A stretch of 64,000 nt of DNA from an uncultured Eubacteriales bacterium (GCA_949288175.1 CASEIV010000012.1:15616-79615), one strand, 5' to 3'; shown: positions 19,423-30,009, numbered from the stretch's first letter. The notes: generated by a model from the letters alone, not told the origin. A program made the numbers and translations.

Positions 19423-20175
19423 ATGGACTATATTCACTTTTTTGGAACAACAGGAAATAAAGATATTATTTTTAAAAACATAAGGTCAGCAGGAGGATTA
19501 TATATAAACATTGATGATACACATATCGTTTTTGACCCAGGAATCAATACATTTTATAAATACATTCATACATATGGTGATAAGGAAATAATTGATGGAA
19601 TTATCGTATCACATGTTCATATAGATCATTCCAATGATTTAAATATATTTATAGAATTAATGACAAATGGAGGAAGAGAAAAAAGAGGAAATGTGATAGT
19701 ACCAAAACAAGCAATCGATAATCAAATTTTACAACCATATTTGGAAAATTTTCCTGAAAAGATAGAAATGATAGAGGAAAATACAACATATAAAATAAAA
19801 AATCTAGAAATTACAACCTCTATACCACATGACCATAGGGTAGAATGTTATGGATTTACAATAAAAACGAGCAAAAATAAAATAGGAATTGTAACAGATA
19901 CAAAATATTTTCCAGAATTATTAAACTCTTACAAAGATTGTGATATATTAATCATGAATGTAGCTTATCATATCAATAATAAAGAAAAAGCAAAACATTT
20001 GGATATACCAGCAGTGGAAGAATTTATAAAAATAATACAACCAACTAAAGTGATAATAACACATTTTAATAAAAATATATTGCGTGAGAATCCACCAGGA
20101 ATTGCACAAGACTTAACGAAAAAATATGGAATAGAAGTTATTTCGGCAGAAGATGACATGGACTTATATTTATAA
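19423..20175 (+). CDS. MBL-fold metallo-hydrolase
   Basis: 'HVHIDHSND' metallo-beta-lactamase motif. Confidence 0.7.
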   Translation: MDYIHFFGTTGNKDIIFKNIRSAGGLYINIDDTHIVFDPGINTFYKYIHTYGDKEIIDGIIVSHVHIDHSNDLNIFIELMTNGGREKRGNVIVPKQAIDNQILQPYLENFPEKIEMIEENTTYKIKNLEITTSIPHDHRVECYGFTIKTSKNKIGIVTDTKYFPELLNSYKDCDILIMNVAYHINNKEKAKHLDIPAVEEFIKIIQPTKVIITHFNKNILRENPPGIAQDLTKKYGIEVISAEDDMDLYL

Positions 20176-20227
20176 AATAAAATGTAAAATAATATAGTTA
20201 GTCAAATTAAAAAAGGAAAAGATATGT

Positions 20228-20890
20228 ATGAATAATAAAAAATGGGAAGAAGATGCTAAAAATATTACAAAATATTATACAAATAAGATAGCAGGAAAAG
20301 GGGAGTCTATCGAATCTCTTGCTTATAGAGACAAAAAATATGTAAAGATGTTTTTTGATGAACTCTTTTCTGGAATAGAAATAAAAAATCAATCCACATT
20401 TCTGGATATAGGATGTGGAATGGGATTTTTGATAAAATATGCTGAAGAACAAAAAATAGAAATAAAAGATTATTTGGGAATTGATTTAGTAAAAGAATTT
20501 ATAGATTATTCAAAAATAAAATATCCTGATTATAATTTTGTTGTGGGTAATTTTATTTCTGACAAGTTTTCTCTAAATAAAAAATATGATTATGTGTTAG
20601 CACTTGGAGTACTAGTTTCTAGAGTGAGTGATTATGAAACATATTTATTAAAATTTGTAAAAAAAATGATTATTTTTACCAAAGGATATGTTTTATTTAA
20701 TTTGATTGTTGAAATAGATGAAGATTCTACAAACTATTCCAATAGGGATGAAATAGGGGGAATTACATGTATTCGTAAAGAAAAATTAAAAGAAATATTA
20801 GATTCTATTCCTAATATTTCATACAAAATTATAGAGAAAAGATTGTTTGAAGATGCGATAGATGCATTTATACAGATAAAAGTAAATTAA
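20228..20890 (+). CDS. Class I SAM-dependent methyltransferase
   Basis: 'LDIGCGMGFL' motif I. Confidence 0.7.
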   Translation: MNNKKWEEDAKNITKYYTNKIAGKGESIESLAYRDKKYVKMFFDELFSGIEIKNQSTFLDIGCGMGFLIKYAEEQKIEIKDYLGIDLVKEFIDYSKIKYPDYNFVVGNFISDKFSLNKKYDYVLALGVLVSRVSDYETYLLKFVKKMIIFTKGYVLFNLIVEIDEDSTNYSNRDEIGGITCIRKEKLKEILDSIPNISYKIIEKRLFEDAIDAFIQIKVN

Positions 20891-20912
20891 GGTATAATTA
20901 AATATGATGATA

Positions 20913-20946
20913 AAAACCTCAGAATTTTTTAAACTTCTGAGGTTTT
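20913..20946. terminator. Hairpin AAAACCTCAGAA..TTCTGAGGTTTT (terminator; repeated at 21998-22030)
   Basis: A perfect 12-bp stem with flanking A/T runs, making it bidirectional-capable. Confidence 0.6.
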
Positions 20947-21073
20947 GACATTATCTAACTATTGCTAAATTTTATTGTAAAAGTATAAACATATTTTAAT
21001 AAAATTATGATAAATCTATTGACAAATACAAACAAATGTTTTATAACACATACAATAAAAAGGATGTGAAAAT

Positions 21074-21976
21074 ATGGAGAATGAATTGAAAATAATAAAT
21101 ACTGAAGAAATAAAAAATTTAATATATACAATAAGAGGAAAAGAAGTAATGTTAGATAGTGATGTAGCTATGCTATATCATTATGAAACTAAAAATGTAA
21201 ATAAAGCTATGAAAAGAAATATTGAAAGATTTCCAGAAGATTTTTGTTTTCAATTAACTGATGATGAATTCAAAAATTTAAGGTTCCAATTTGGAACCTT
21301 AGATAAAAAAGTTAATAATGGAAAAGTTACAAGAAAATATTTACCATATGTCTATACTGAGCAGGGAATATCAATGCTTGCAGGAGTATTAAAAAATGAT
21401 ATTGCTGTTCAAGTTAGTATTAGTATAATAAGAGCCTTTATTGAAATGCGAAAATTTATATCTTCAAATTCGCAAATATTTGAAAGATTAACAAATGTGG
21501 AATATAAATTATTAGAACATGATAAAAAGTTTGATGAAATATTTGATAGTTTGCTAAAGAAAGAAGAGTTTAAGCAGAAAATTTTTTTTGAAGGTCAAAT
21601 ATATGATGCATATAGTCTAGTAATAGATATTATAAAAAGAGCTAGAAGAAAAATTATAATAATTGATAATTATATAGATGATAGCATTTTAAAGATATTA
21701 GTAAAGAAAAATAAAAATGTAGAAGTAGTAATATTAACTTCAAAAAATAGTAATATTTCAAAATTGGATATACAAAAATTTAATAAAGAATATCCCATTT
21801 TGAAGGTAGCAAAAACAGATAAATTCCATGATAGATTTATTATTATAGATAATAAAGAATTATATCATTGTGGTGCTTCGATAAAGGATTTAGGTAAAAA
21901 ATGTTTTGGAATAAATAGAATAGATGATATAGAAATCATAAATAAATTTGTAAAGATGTGTAGAATAGCTAATTGA
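21074..21976 (+). CDS. ORF6N (KilA-N-like) domain protein with a C-terminal PLD-like region
   Basis: N-terminal 'IRGKEVMLDSDVAMLYHYETKNVNKAMKRNIERFPEDFCFQLTDDEF' is an ORF6N domain. The C-terminal 'HDRFIIIDNKELYHCGASIKDLG' is only loosely PLD-like. Confidence 0.65.
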   Translation: MENELKIINTEEIKNLIYTIRGKEVMLDSDVAMLYHYETKNVNKAMKRNIERFPEDFCFQLTDDEFKNLRFQFGTLDKKVNNGKVTRKYLPYVYTEQGISMLAGVLKNDIAVQVSISIIRAFIEMRKFISSNSQIFERLTNVEYKLLEHDKKFDEIFDSLLKKEEFKQKIFFEGQIYDAYSLVIDIIKRARRKIIIIDNYIDDSILKILVKKNKNVEVVILTSKNSNISKLDIQKFNKEYPILKVAKTDKFHDRFIIIDNKELYHCGASIKDLGKKCFGINRIDDIEIINKFVKMCRIAN

Positions 21977-21997
21977 AGAGGTATAGTGATGGAACAC

Positions 21998-22030
21998 AAA
22001 AACTCAGAAGTTTTAATACTTCTGAGTTTT
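21998..22030. terminator. Hairpin AAAAACTCAGAAG..CTTCTGAGTTTT (terminator for the convergent ORF6N gene and rpsI)
   Basis: An inverted repeat that is near-identical to the 20913-20946 hairpin. Confidence 0.6.
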
Positions 22031-22038
22031 GATATTTT

Positions 22039-22440
22039 CTATCTCTTACTAAATTGTGGAGCTTTACGAGCTTTTTTAAGACCGTATTTCTTTCTTTCTT
22101 TCATACGAGGATCTCTTGTTAAGAATCCGTTTGATTTTAAAGCTGGTCTGTATTCTTGATTTGCTTCATTTAAAGCTCTAGCAATACCATGTCTAATTGC
22201 TCCAGCTTGACCTGTGAATCCTCCACCTTTAACTGTGCAAATAACATCATATTTAGAAGTTGTATTTGTAACTGTTAATGGTTGTCTAACGATAACTTTT
22301 AAAGTTTCTAGTCCGAAGAATTCATCAATATCTTTACCATTGATTGTTATTTTTCCATTACCTTCAACAAGTCTAACTCTTGCTACTGAAGATTTTCTTC
22401 TACCTGTACCATAAAAAACTACATTTTCTTTCTTAGCCAT
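22039..22440 (-). CDS. rpsI: 30S ribosomal protein S9
   Basis: '[19 protein letters not shown]', C-terminal ...KR. Confidence 0.95.
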   Translation of the reverse strand: MAKKENVVFYGTGRRKSSVARVRLVEGNGKITINGKDIDEFFGLETLKVIVRQPLTVTNTTSKYDVICTVKGGGFTGQAGAIRHGIARALNEANQEYRPALKSNGFLTRDPRMKERKKYGLKKARKAPQFSKR

Positions 22441-22441
22441 A

Positions 22442-22879
22442 TTATTTTACCTCCCATACTTCTGGTTTTTGTGCTTGGTTTTCATGTTCACTACCAGCAT
22501 AAACTCTTAATTTTTTAGCCATTTTTCTACCTAAAGAGTTATGTGGTAACATTCCTTTGATAGCTAATGTCATAGCTTTTTCTGGATTTTTTTCAAGCAT
22601 TACTTTTGCAGGAACTTCTTTCATTCCTCCAATATAACCAGAATGATGTCTATAAACTTTTTGATTTAATTTGTTACCTGTTAAGACAACATCTTTACAA
22701 TTAAGGATAATAACATGATCACCCATATCAATGTTAGGTGTATATGTTGGTTTGTGTTTTCCTCTTAATAATTTTGCAGCTTCTGTAGCAACTCTACCAA
22801 GTGGTTTGTTGGCTGCATCAATAATATACCATTTACTTTCTACTTCATTTGCTTTTGCACTATATGTCGTATTATTCAT
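22442..22879 (-). CDS. rplM: 50S ribosomal protein L13
   Basis: Conserved L13 sequence. It lies adjacent to rpsI in the canonical operon order. Confidence 0.95.
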   Translation of the reverse strand: MNNTTYSAKANEVESKWYIIDAANKPLGRVATEAAKLLRGKHKPTYTPNIDMGDHVIILNCKDVVLTGNKLNQKVYRHHSGYIGGMKEVPAKVMLEKNPEKAMTLAIKGMLPHNSLGRKMAKKLRVYAGSEHENQAQKPEVWEVK

Positions 22880-23246
22880 GATAATAATACCCTCCTATTA
22901 TTATAATTTATTTATATGAAATTTAAATGTAAAACCACCGGGGAGAGATTTTATATTTAAATCATATTCTAATATAATTGCTAAATAATTTTAATACAAA
23001 AAAGCCAAAATGTCAATAATTTTAAGAAAAAAATTCAAAAGTATTGAATAATTTAGTAATTAAATTTATAATTAATTCGTACAATTAAAAAGAAACAGAT
23101 AATAAAATTCATTTTTTTGTATAGGAAAACCTTATATAAAATCAATCTAAAAGCAGATTTTTCGTACACAATAAAAATACATCACATGATGTACATAAAT
23201 AAATGATATATAAATAAGAAGAATGTAAGAAAACAGGAGGGATTGG

Positions 23247-24885
23247 ATGACAGACACAGCAGAAAAAAAAGTTTCTAGAGGAAAAAAAGAAACTTTTATG
23301 CAGGGAATTGTTACATTAATATTCTCGCAATTGCTAATAAAACTGCTTGGACTTGTATATAATTTATATTTAACAAATAGAGAAGGATTTGGGGATCAGG
23401 GAAATGGGATTGTTTCAGCAAGTTATCAAATCTATGCAGTATTATTAACCATTTCTTCAACAGGTGTACCAAATGCTATATCAAAATTAGTATCAGAAAG
23501 AGTGGCGGTAGGAGACCATAAAGGTGCTTATCGAATTTTTAAAATAGCATTTGCAACATTTGCGGTTATTGGTTTAATTGGAAGTTTAATGCTATTTTTT
23601 GGAGCAGGTTTAATTGCTAATCAATGGTTACAAATTCCAGATGCAGAGATGACAATGGTGGCATTATCACCAGCAGTATTTTTTGTAGCGATTTCATCAG
23701 TTATGAGAGGATATTTTAACGGAAGACAAAATCTAAAGGTAACAGCAAGATCACAAACTTTGGAGCAAATTTTTAAAACAACACTTACCATTATATTAGT
23801 AGAGATTGTTGCAATCATTTCTAATACATCAACTGTATGGATGGCAGGAGGAGCTACACTTGCTACAACACTTGCAACATTTGTAGGATTTAGTTATTTA
23901 TATTTATTCTATAAAACAAGAAGAAAAGAAATTGCTTCAGAAATAAGAGAAACAGTTAATTATAAATATGATAGAGTTAGAAACATTGTAAAAAAGATTT
24001 TATTAGTATCTATTCCAATCGCACTAACTGCGATTATGTCTTCTTTAAATAAAAATATAGATTCTTTTACAGTTGTAAGAAGTCTAAAACAGTTTATGAG
24101 TGAGGATATGGCGGTTACACAATATGGAATATTAGGAGGAAAAGTAGATACTTTAACAAGTTTACCATTATCATTTAATGTTGCCTTTGCGACAGCATTA
24201 GTTCCAGCGATATCAGCTGCTAAGGCAGTAAAAGATTATAAATCAATAAAACAAAAATCAACATTCACACTATTAATGTCTATGCTAATAGGACTTCCAT
24301 GTACAGTTGGAATGTGCATATTTGCTGGACCAATACTAAATTTGTTATATCCAAATGCAAGTTCAGGAACACTTGTCTTACAAATTAGTTCTTTGACAAT
24401 TATTTTTACAATATTAGACCAAACAATCAACTCTATTTTACAAGGATATGGAAAATTAAGAATACCAGCAATTGCTTTAGGATGCCGGTGTGATTGTAAA
24501 GTTAATCTTAAATTTAATTTTAGTTCCAATACCTTCCATAGGTGTTAATGGAGCAGCTATTGCATCAGTAGCATGTCATTTAGTAGCATTTATGATATCC
24601 ATTACAGCTTTAAAAAGAACGATAAAATTAAAATTAGGCGTTAGAAGATTTGTTATAAAACCAATATTAGCAACAACTATTATGGGAATTTGCTCATATT
24701 TTATATATTCTTCACTTTTAGGAATAATTACAGAAAGTTTGGCTACAATAATAGCAATAATATCTGCAATCATTATTTATGCATTGGCAGTTGTTGTATT
24801 ACATGTGTTCTCAAAACAAGAAATAAAAATGCTACCTGCAGGAAATAAGATTTGTATGATATTAGAAAAGTTAAAAATATATTAA
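23247..24885 (+). pseudogene. spoVB: Stage V sporulation protein B-like MOP-superfamily flippase, frameshifted near 24480-24495
   Basis: The first 433 aa are a multi-TM polysaccharide-biosynthesis/SpoVB-family protein. The C-terminal TM segments (GVNGAAIASVACHLVAF...) continue in the +1 frame. Confidence 0.6.
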
Positions 24886-25006
24886 ATTTTTAGAAAAAAA
24901 GAAGGATTTTATATATTTTTGGCGAATAAATTTATATAGTAGTACATTTATTGCCGTTCTAAAGCAATAAAAGTACATAACATTATACTTATAGGAGGTA
25001 ATTTAA

Positions 25007-25279
25007 ATGAACAAAGCTGAATTAATCGCAGCAGTAGCTGCAAAAACAGGTGACACAAAAAAAGCAGCTGAAGAATCAGTTAATGCATTCGTAGAAGTTG
25101 TAACAAATGCTTTAAAAGAAGGAGATAAAGTTCAATTAGTTGGATTTGGATCTTTCGAAGTAAGAAAAAGAGCAGCTAGAAAAGGTAGAAACCCACAAAC
25201 TAAAGAAGAAATCAAAATACCTGCATCAAAAGCTCCAGTATTCAAAGCTGGTAAAGCATTAGTATATATAAATATATGA
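25007..25279 (+). CDS. hup: DNA-binding protein HU
   Basis: '[11 protein letters not shown]...[20 protein letters not shown]' HU signature. Confidence 0.9.
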   Translation: MNKAELIAAVAAKTGDTKKAAEESVNAFVEVVTNALKEGDKVQLVGFGSFEVRKRAARKGRNPQTKEEIKIPASKAPVFKAGKALVYINI

Positions 25280-25290
25280 ATCGATAGTAT

Positions 25291-25336
25291 AAAACGACAT
25301 ATAAGGATTATAAAATTACTTATATGTCGTTTTTGT
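25291..25336. terminator. Bidirectional terminator hairpin (AAAACGACATATAAG...CTTATATGTCGTTTTTG) between hup and aspS
   Basis: A 15-bp inverted repeat flanked by A and T runs. Confidence 0.65.
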
Positions 25337-27094
25337 TCATTTTTTATCAATCATAATGTGAACATCTCGTAATTGGTCACGTCTAACAATACTTGGTGCA
25401 CCCATCATTAAATCTTGTGCTTTACTATTTAATGGGAATGCAATTACTTCTCTGATGGTATCAGAATCAGATAGCAACATAAGCATTCTATCAATTCCAG
25501 GTGCAATACCAGCATGTGGAGGAGCACCAAATTGAAAGGCTTTATATAAAGCACCAAATTTATTTTTTACTTCTTCTTCTGTATAGCCAGCCATAGTAAA
25601 GGCTTTTAACATGATATCAATATCATGATTTCTAACAGCGCCAGAAGAAAGTTCAATTCCATTACATACAATATCATATTGATAAGCCAAAATGTCTAGA
25701 GGATTTTCATTTTCTAATGCTTTTAAACCACCTTGTGGCATTGAAAAAGGGTTATGGCTAAAGCTGATTTTTCCATGTTCATCCAATTCAAACATTGGAA
25801 AATCAATAATCCAGCAAAACTTAAAGACATTATTATCAATTAAACCAAGTCTTTTTCCAAGTTCGTCTCTGATTTGTCCTGCTAAAGTTTCAACTACACC
25901 AGGAACTTCGGCAATAAAGAATAAACAATCGCCTGGTTTAGAATTTGTTCTTTTACACATTTCTATTCTGGCAGTATCAGGAATAAATTTGGCAATAGGT
26001 CCTTGAAAACTTCCATCATCTAAAATTCTTAGCCAAGCTAGACCTTTTGCTTTTAAATCTTTTATGGCATAATCTGTCATTCCTTCGAAAAAGCTTCTTG
26101 GCTCATTAGCTACATCATGTGTAGATATGATTCTAACAATTTTTCCTTGGAAAGCACGTAAATCTACATGTTCGAAAATATCTGTAACATCAACAATTTC
26201 CAAAGGATTTCGTAAGTCAGGTTTATCTGTTCCATATTTTAACATAGCTTCTTTATATGGAATTCTTGGAAATGGATATTCTGTAATTTCCTTATCAGAA
26301 AACTTTTTAAATGTGTTGTAAATGACAGGTTCTATTGCTTGAAATACATCCTCTTGTGTTGCAAAACTCATTTCCATATCTAATTGATAAAATTCACCAG
26401 GAGCTCTGTCAGCTCTTGCATCTTCATCTCTAAAACATGGTGCAATTTGAAAATATTTATCAATACCAGAAACCATCAATAATTGTTTGAATTGTTGAGG
26501 AGCTTGTGGTAAAGCATAAAATTTTCCAGGGTGCAATCTACTCGGAACTAAATAATCTCTAGCACCTTCTGGTGAAGAACTTGTAAGGATTGGAGTTTGT
26601 ACTTCTAAAAATCCTTGCTTAATCATCTGTGTTCTCAAAAATTGAATGACATTTGCTCTTAATAGTAAATTATTTTTTAATCGATCATTTCGTAAATCTA
26701 AGAAACGGTATTGTAATCTTAAATCTTCTCTGGTTTCTTGGTTGGTATTGACTTCGAAAGGAAGATTTTGTGTCCTTTTTCCTAGAATTTTAATATCTTC
26801 AATTCGAATTTCTACTAAACCAGTTTTTAGTTTAGGGTTAATCGTTTCTTCATCACGCTTTTTTACTGTACCATATACAGTAACTGTAGATTCAATTGGA
26901 ATATGTGAAGCAAAATCCACATCTTCAGCTTTTCCTGAGGTTACAACTTGTGTGATTCCATACATATCACGAATATCTAAGAAAACCAAACCTCCTAAAT
27001 CTCTAATGGTTTGAACCCAACCACTAATTCTAACCTGTTTTCCCACATCTTCTAATGTGATTTCATTACAGTTGTGTGTTCTGTACTCATTCAT
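25337..27094 (-). CDS. aspS: Aspartate--tRNA ligase
   Basis: Class II aaRS motifs: 'FRDEDARADRAPGEFYQLDME', 'GGLVFLDIRD', and a C-terminal GxGxDR motif. Confidence 0.9.
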   Translation of the reverse strand: MNEYRTHNCNEITLEDVGKQVRISGWVQTIRDLGGLVFLDIRDMYGITQVVTSGKAEDVDFASHIPIESTVTVYGTVKKRDEETINPKLKTGLVEIRIEDIKILGKRTQNLPFEVNTNQETREDLRLQYRFLDLRNDRLKNNLLLRANVIQFLRTQMIKQGFLEVQTPILTSSSPEGARDYLVPSRLHPGKFYALPQAPQQFKQLLMVSGIDKYFQIAPCFRDEDARADRAPGEFYQLDMEMSFATQEDVFQAIEPVIYNTFKKFSDKEITEYPFPRIPYKEAMLKYGTDKPDLRNPLEIVDVTDIFEHVDLRAFQGKIVRIISTHDVANEPRSFFEGMTDYAIKDLKAKGLAWLRILDDGSFQGPIAKFIPDTARIEMCKRTNSKPGDCLFFIAEVPGVVETLAGQIRDELGKRLGLIDNNVFKFCWIIDFPMFELDEHGKISFSHNPFSMPQGGLKALENENPLDILAYQYDIVCNGIELSSGAVRNHDIDIMLKAFTMAGYTEEEVKNKFGALYKAFQFGAPPHAGIAPGIDRMLMLLSDSDTIREVIAFPLNSKAQDLMMGAPSIVRRDQLRDVHIMIDKK

Positions 27095-27194
27095 ATTTAC
27101 TCATTCCTTTCTTAAGGTATAAATCCAGTTAGAAAAAATATAATTATTTTTCAACTGTACCTCTTTTAAATTTGTCAGAGCATAATTTGTATCC

Positions 27195-27450
27195 GAAAAA
27201 GGGTACAAAAAAACGCCCTTTGCAAAATTGCAGGGACGAAATAAATCCGCGGTACCACCCAGCTTGAAAACTAAATAAATATATGAATCTATTTAATTTT
27301 CCACTTTATTAAAAAATGCTCCAATGTGTTTCACAAGTTTAGGTTGACCTTAAAGGGCTTTCAGCCGGTGACCCTTATTCTCTAAAAGTAACTTCTAACT
27401 GCTTTCATTGTACAAACGCAAACATATTTTAAAATGTTAACTATTATTTT
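27195..27450 (-). ncRNA. T-box riboswitch leader of aspS
   Basis: On the minus strand, the conserved T-box sequence GGGTGGTACCGCGG (plus strand CCGCGGTACCACCC at 27247-27260) is followed by terminator CCCTGCAATTTTGCAAAGGGCGTTTTTTT. Upstream stems contain the AGAGA/GNUA-type motifs. Confidence 0.75.
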
Positions 27451-27519
27451 ACACAGTTTATGCTATTTTGTCAAGAAATATACATCAGAAATTTTAAAGA
27501 ATCACCAAATTGTTGATAG

Positions 27520-27710
27520 TGTTTAGTATGAAATTCCTGGAAAGGTATATATATTATATTTTTCGCTATCCCAACACGCTACATACTGTTAATAAATCAA
27601 CTCCCACGGGACTGTCGTTGATTTATTAACAGTATGTAGCGTGTCGGTCCCCCCGAAACCCGCTTAAAATATAATATATATATCTTTCCAGGAATTTCAC
27701 ACTAAACAGT
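27520..27710. repeat. Nested palindromic element, family C. Outer arms TGTTTAGTATGAAATTCCTGGAAAGGTATATATATTATATTTT / reverse complement; inner perfect 27-bp IR CACGCTACATACTGTTAATAAATCAAC.
   Basis: Both inverted repeats were read directly. The shell resembles the small palindrome at 62661-62723. Confidence 0.8.
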
Positions 27711-27719
27711 AACAAATTA

Positions 27720-27992
27720 TCAAAGACTTTCTTTTTTTACATCATCAATAATCGTGGCAGAAATAATAAAGCTCATAGCAAAATTTAATCCAAGTACAAT
27801 TCCTAAAATTCCTATATAATAAATAATTGGATATGTAAAAAATAGCATATATGTAAGTAAAACCATTGCTGAAAGTAAACAAATGATGAAAGAAAAAGAA
27901 AGACCGATTTTCAAAATATGTGATATTTTTTTATCCAAATTCTTATAATTTTGTATTAATATTTTAATCATAAATGAAACACCTCTATTCAT
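27720..27992 (-). CDS. Small membrane protein (2-3 TM), hypothetical
   Basis: An ORF with hydrophobic segments and no recognisable family. Confidence 0.35.
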   Translation of the reverse strand: MNRGVSFMIKILIQNYKNLDKKISHILKIGLSFSFIICLLSAMVLLTYMLFFTYPIIYYIGILGIVLGLNFAMSFIISATIIDDVKKESL

Positions 27993-28130
27993 AAAATACT
28001 ATATCTATCGTAACATGAAAGCATAGGAAAAACAATGGAAGTTTTAGCCAATCATTTTAGAAATGATTGAAGGATTTTCAAAGTAGTGATATAATAAAAT
28101 AGAATTGAAAATAAAAAATGGGGAAGAAAG

Positions 28131-28961
28131 ATGTATATAGAGAATAATAATCGATTAAAAGAGTTAGTAGAATATATAGAAAAAAATTTAACAGAAGAAA
28201 TTGAATATAAAGACTTAGCAAAAATATTAGCAGTAAATGAATATACACTTCATAGGATTTTTAGTTTTGTTACCAATATAACACTAGCAGAATATATAAG
28301 AAAAAGAAGACTAAGCATGGCAGCAATTGATTTATTAGAAAATAATGAAAAAGTGCTAGATGTAGCAATAAAATATCAATATGATTCAGGAGAAGCTTTT
28401 GCTAGAGCCTTCAAAAAAATGATGGGATTTTTGCCCAAAGATATTCATAAAAATAAAGATAATATAAAATATTTTCCGATATTAACATTTGAAGAATTAA
28501 GTGAGGAACCAAAAGAATTAAAATTTGAAAAATTAGAAAATGTTAGTTTTGATTTTTACACAATTAGTAAAAAAGCAAAATTATATAATCTTGCAGAAAA
28601 AACACCAGATTTTTGGAAAAGTGTCTATACAAAGGGAGATATTTTTAAGGGAAATGCATATGGACTTGTAAAATATAATGTATATGATTATGATGAAAAT
28701 AGTGATGTTACATATTATATTGCAAGTAAAGAAGCTTTTGAAGGAAGTCAAAAATACAGTATTAAAAATAAAAATTTTCTTGTTTTTGAATTAGATATAG
28801 AAAAAGACATAACCGTAAAAAAAGCTAAAGATATAGGCGTTTTTACACATTATATATATGCCAATGTTATTCCGGGTTCAGGATATAATTTAGATGATGT
28901 ACCAGATATAGAAGAATATATTGACTTTAAAAAAGTAAGAATTTATATAGCTGTTATATAA
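28131..28961 (+). CDS. AraC-family transcriptional regulator with a GyrI-like effector domain
   Basis: N-terminal AraC HTH (LAKILAVNEYTLHRIF...AEYIRKRRL). The C-terminal half has the length and pattern of a GyrI-like domain. Confidence 0.65.
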   Translation: MYIENNNRLKELVEYIEKNLTEEIEYKDLAKILAVNEYTLHRIFSFVTNITLAEYIRKRRLSMAAIDLLENNEKVLDVAIKYQYDSGEAFARAFKKMMGFLPKDIHKNKDNIKYFPILTFEELSEEPKELKFEKLENVSFDFYTISKKAKLYNLAEKTPDFWKSVYTKGDIFKGNAYGLVKYNVYDYDENSDVTYYIASKEAFEGSQKYSIKNKNFLVFELDIEKDITVKKAKDIGVFTHYIYANVIPGSGYNLDDVPDIEEYIDFKKVRIYIAVI

Positions 28962-29064
28962 CCAACTATTTTTACAAATAGTTGGTTTTTTAGCAAACAA
29001 AAAACAACTTTCTATTAATAAAAAGTTGCTTTCAATAAAAACTATGCATAATCTTTATTTAGCC

Positions 29065-29331
29065 TTAAGCCATAGCTGCATTTAATTTTTTTGATAAACT
29101 AGATTTTTTTCTAGCTGCAGTGTTTTTTACAATAACACCTTTTGTACAAGCTTGATCTATTTTTTTAGTTGCTTCAGAAAATAGAACTTTAGCTTCTTCT
29201 ATATTTCCAGCTTCAATAGCTTCTTCAAATTTTCTAACAGCTGATTTATATCCAGATTTTATCATATTATTTCTTAAAGTTTTTTTCTCAATTACTTTAA
29301 CTCTTTTTTTAGCTGATTTAATATTTGGCAT
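29065..29331 (-). CDS. rpsT: 30S ribosomal protein S20
   Basis: '[13 protein letters not shown]' N-terminus. Confidence 0.9.
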   Translation of the reverse strand: MPNIKSAKKRVKVIEKKTLRNNMIKSGYKSAVRKFEEAIEAGNIEEAKVLFSEATKKIDQACTKGVIVKNTAARKKSSLSKKLNAAMA

Positions 29332-29553
29332 CTATAAGCACCTCCTCTTAGTCAATTATTCATTATAACATCTGATATTCTAACATATTTTTTTATGAAA
29401 TGCAAGTAAATTTTATAATTTATTATTGTATTATAAAAAAACTTATGATATATTTTTATATAGGAGAATAAAAACGAATGTATAGGTCTGTCCCTTTTGT
29501 TTCATTTTGAAACGATTTGGCACGTCCCTATCGTTCCAAAAGGAGGAAGAAAA

Positions 29554-30000
29554 ATGATAGCGATTGGTTGTGATCATGGAGGATTTAAATTAAAAGAGGA
29601 AATCAAAAAATACTTAGATGAAAAAGAAATAAAATATATAGATTGTGGTTGTATGAATGAAGAAAGAGTGGATTATCCTAATATTGCAAAAGAGGTTGCT
29701 CTTTCTGTTCAAAAAGGAAAAGCTGAAAAAGGAATATTAATTTGTCGTTCTGGTTTAGGAATGAGTATTGTAGCTAATAAATTTAAAGGAATTAGAAGTA
29801 CACCATGTTATAATGAAGAAACAGCAAAATTTTCAAGATTGCACAATGATAGTAATGTGTTAGCTTTAGGAGCAGATTATGTAAGTGTGAATGAGGCAAT
29901 TTGTATATTAAGAATGTGGCTTGCAACAGAATTTGAAGGTGGAAGACACATGGAAAGAGTTAAAATTATTGAAGAAATCGAAAATGAAAATATGAAATAA
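29554..30000 (+). CDS. rpiB: Ribose-5-phosphate isomerase B (RpiB/LacAB family)
   Basis: 'MIAIGCDHGGFKLKEEI', 'ICRSGLGMSIVANK'. The start was chosen at the M with a GGAGG RBS. Confidence 0.8.
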   Translation: MIAIGCDHGGFKLKEEIKKYLDEKEIKYIDCGCMNEERVDYPNIAKEVALSVQKGKAEKGILICRSGLGMSIVANKFKGIRSTPCYNEETAKFSRLHNDSNVLALGADYVSVNEAICILRMWLATEFEGGRHMERVKIIEEIENENMK

Positions 30001-30009
30001 TATGGAGGA

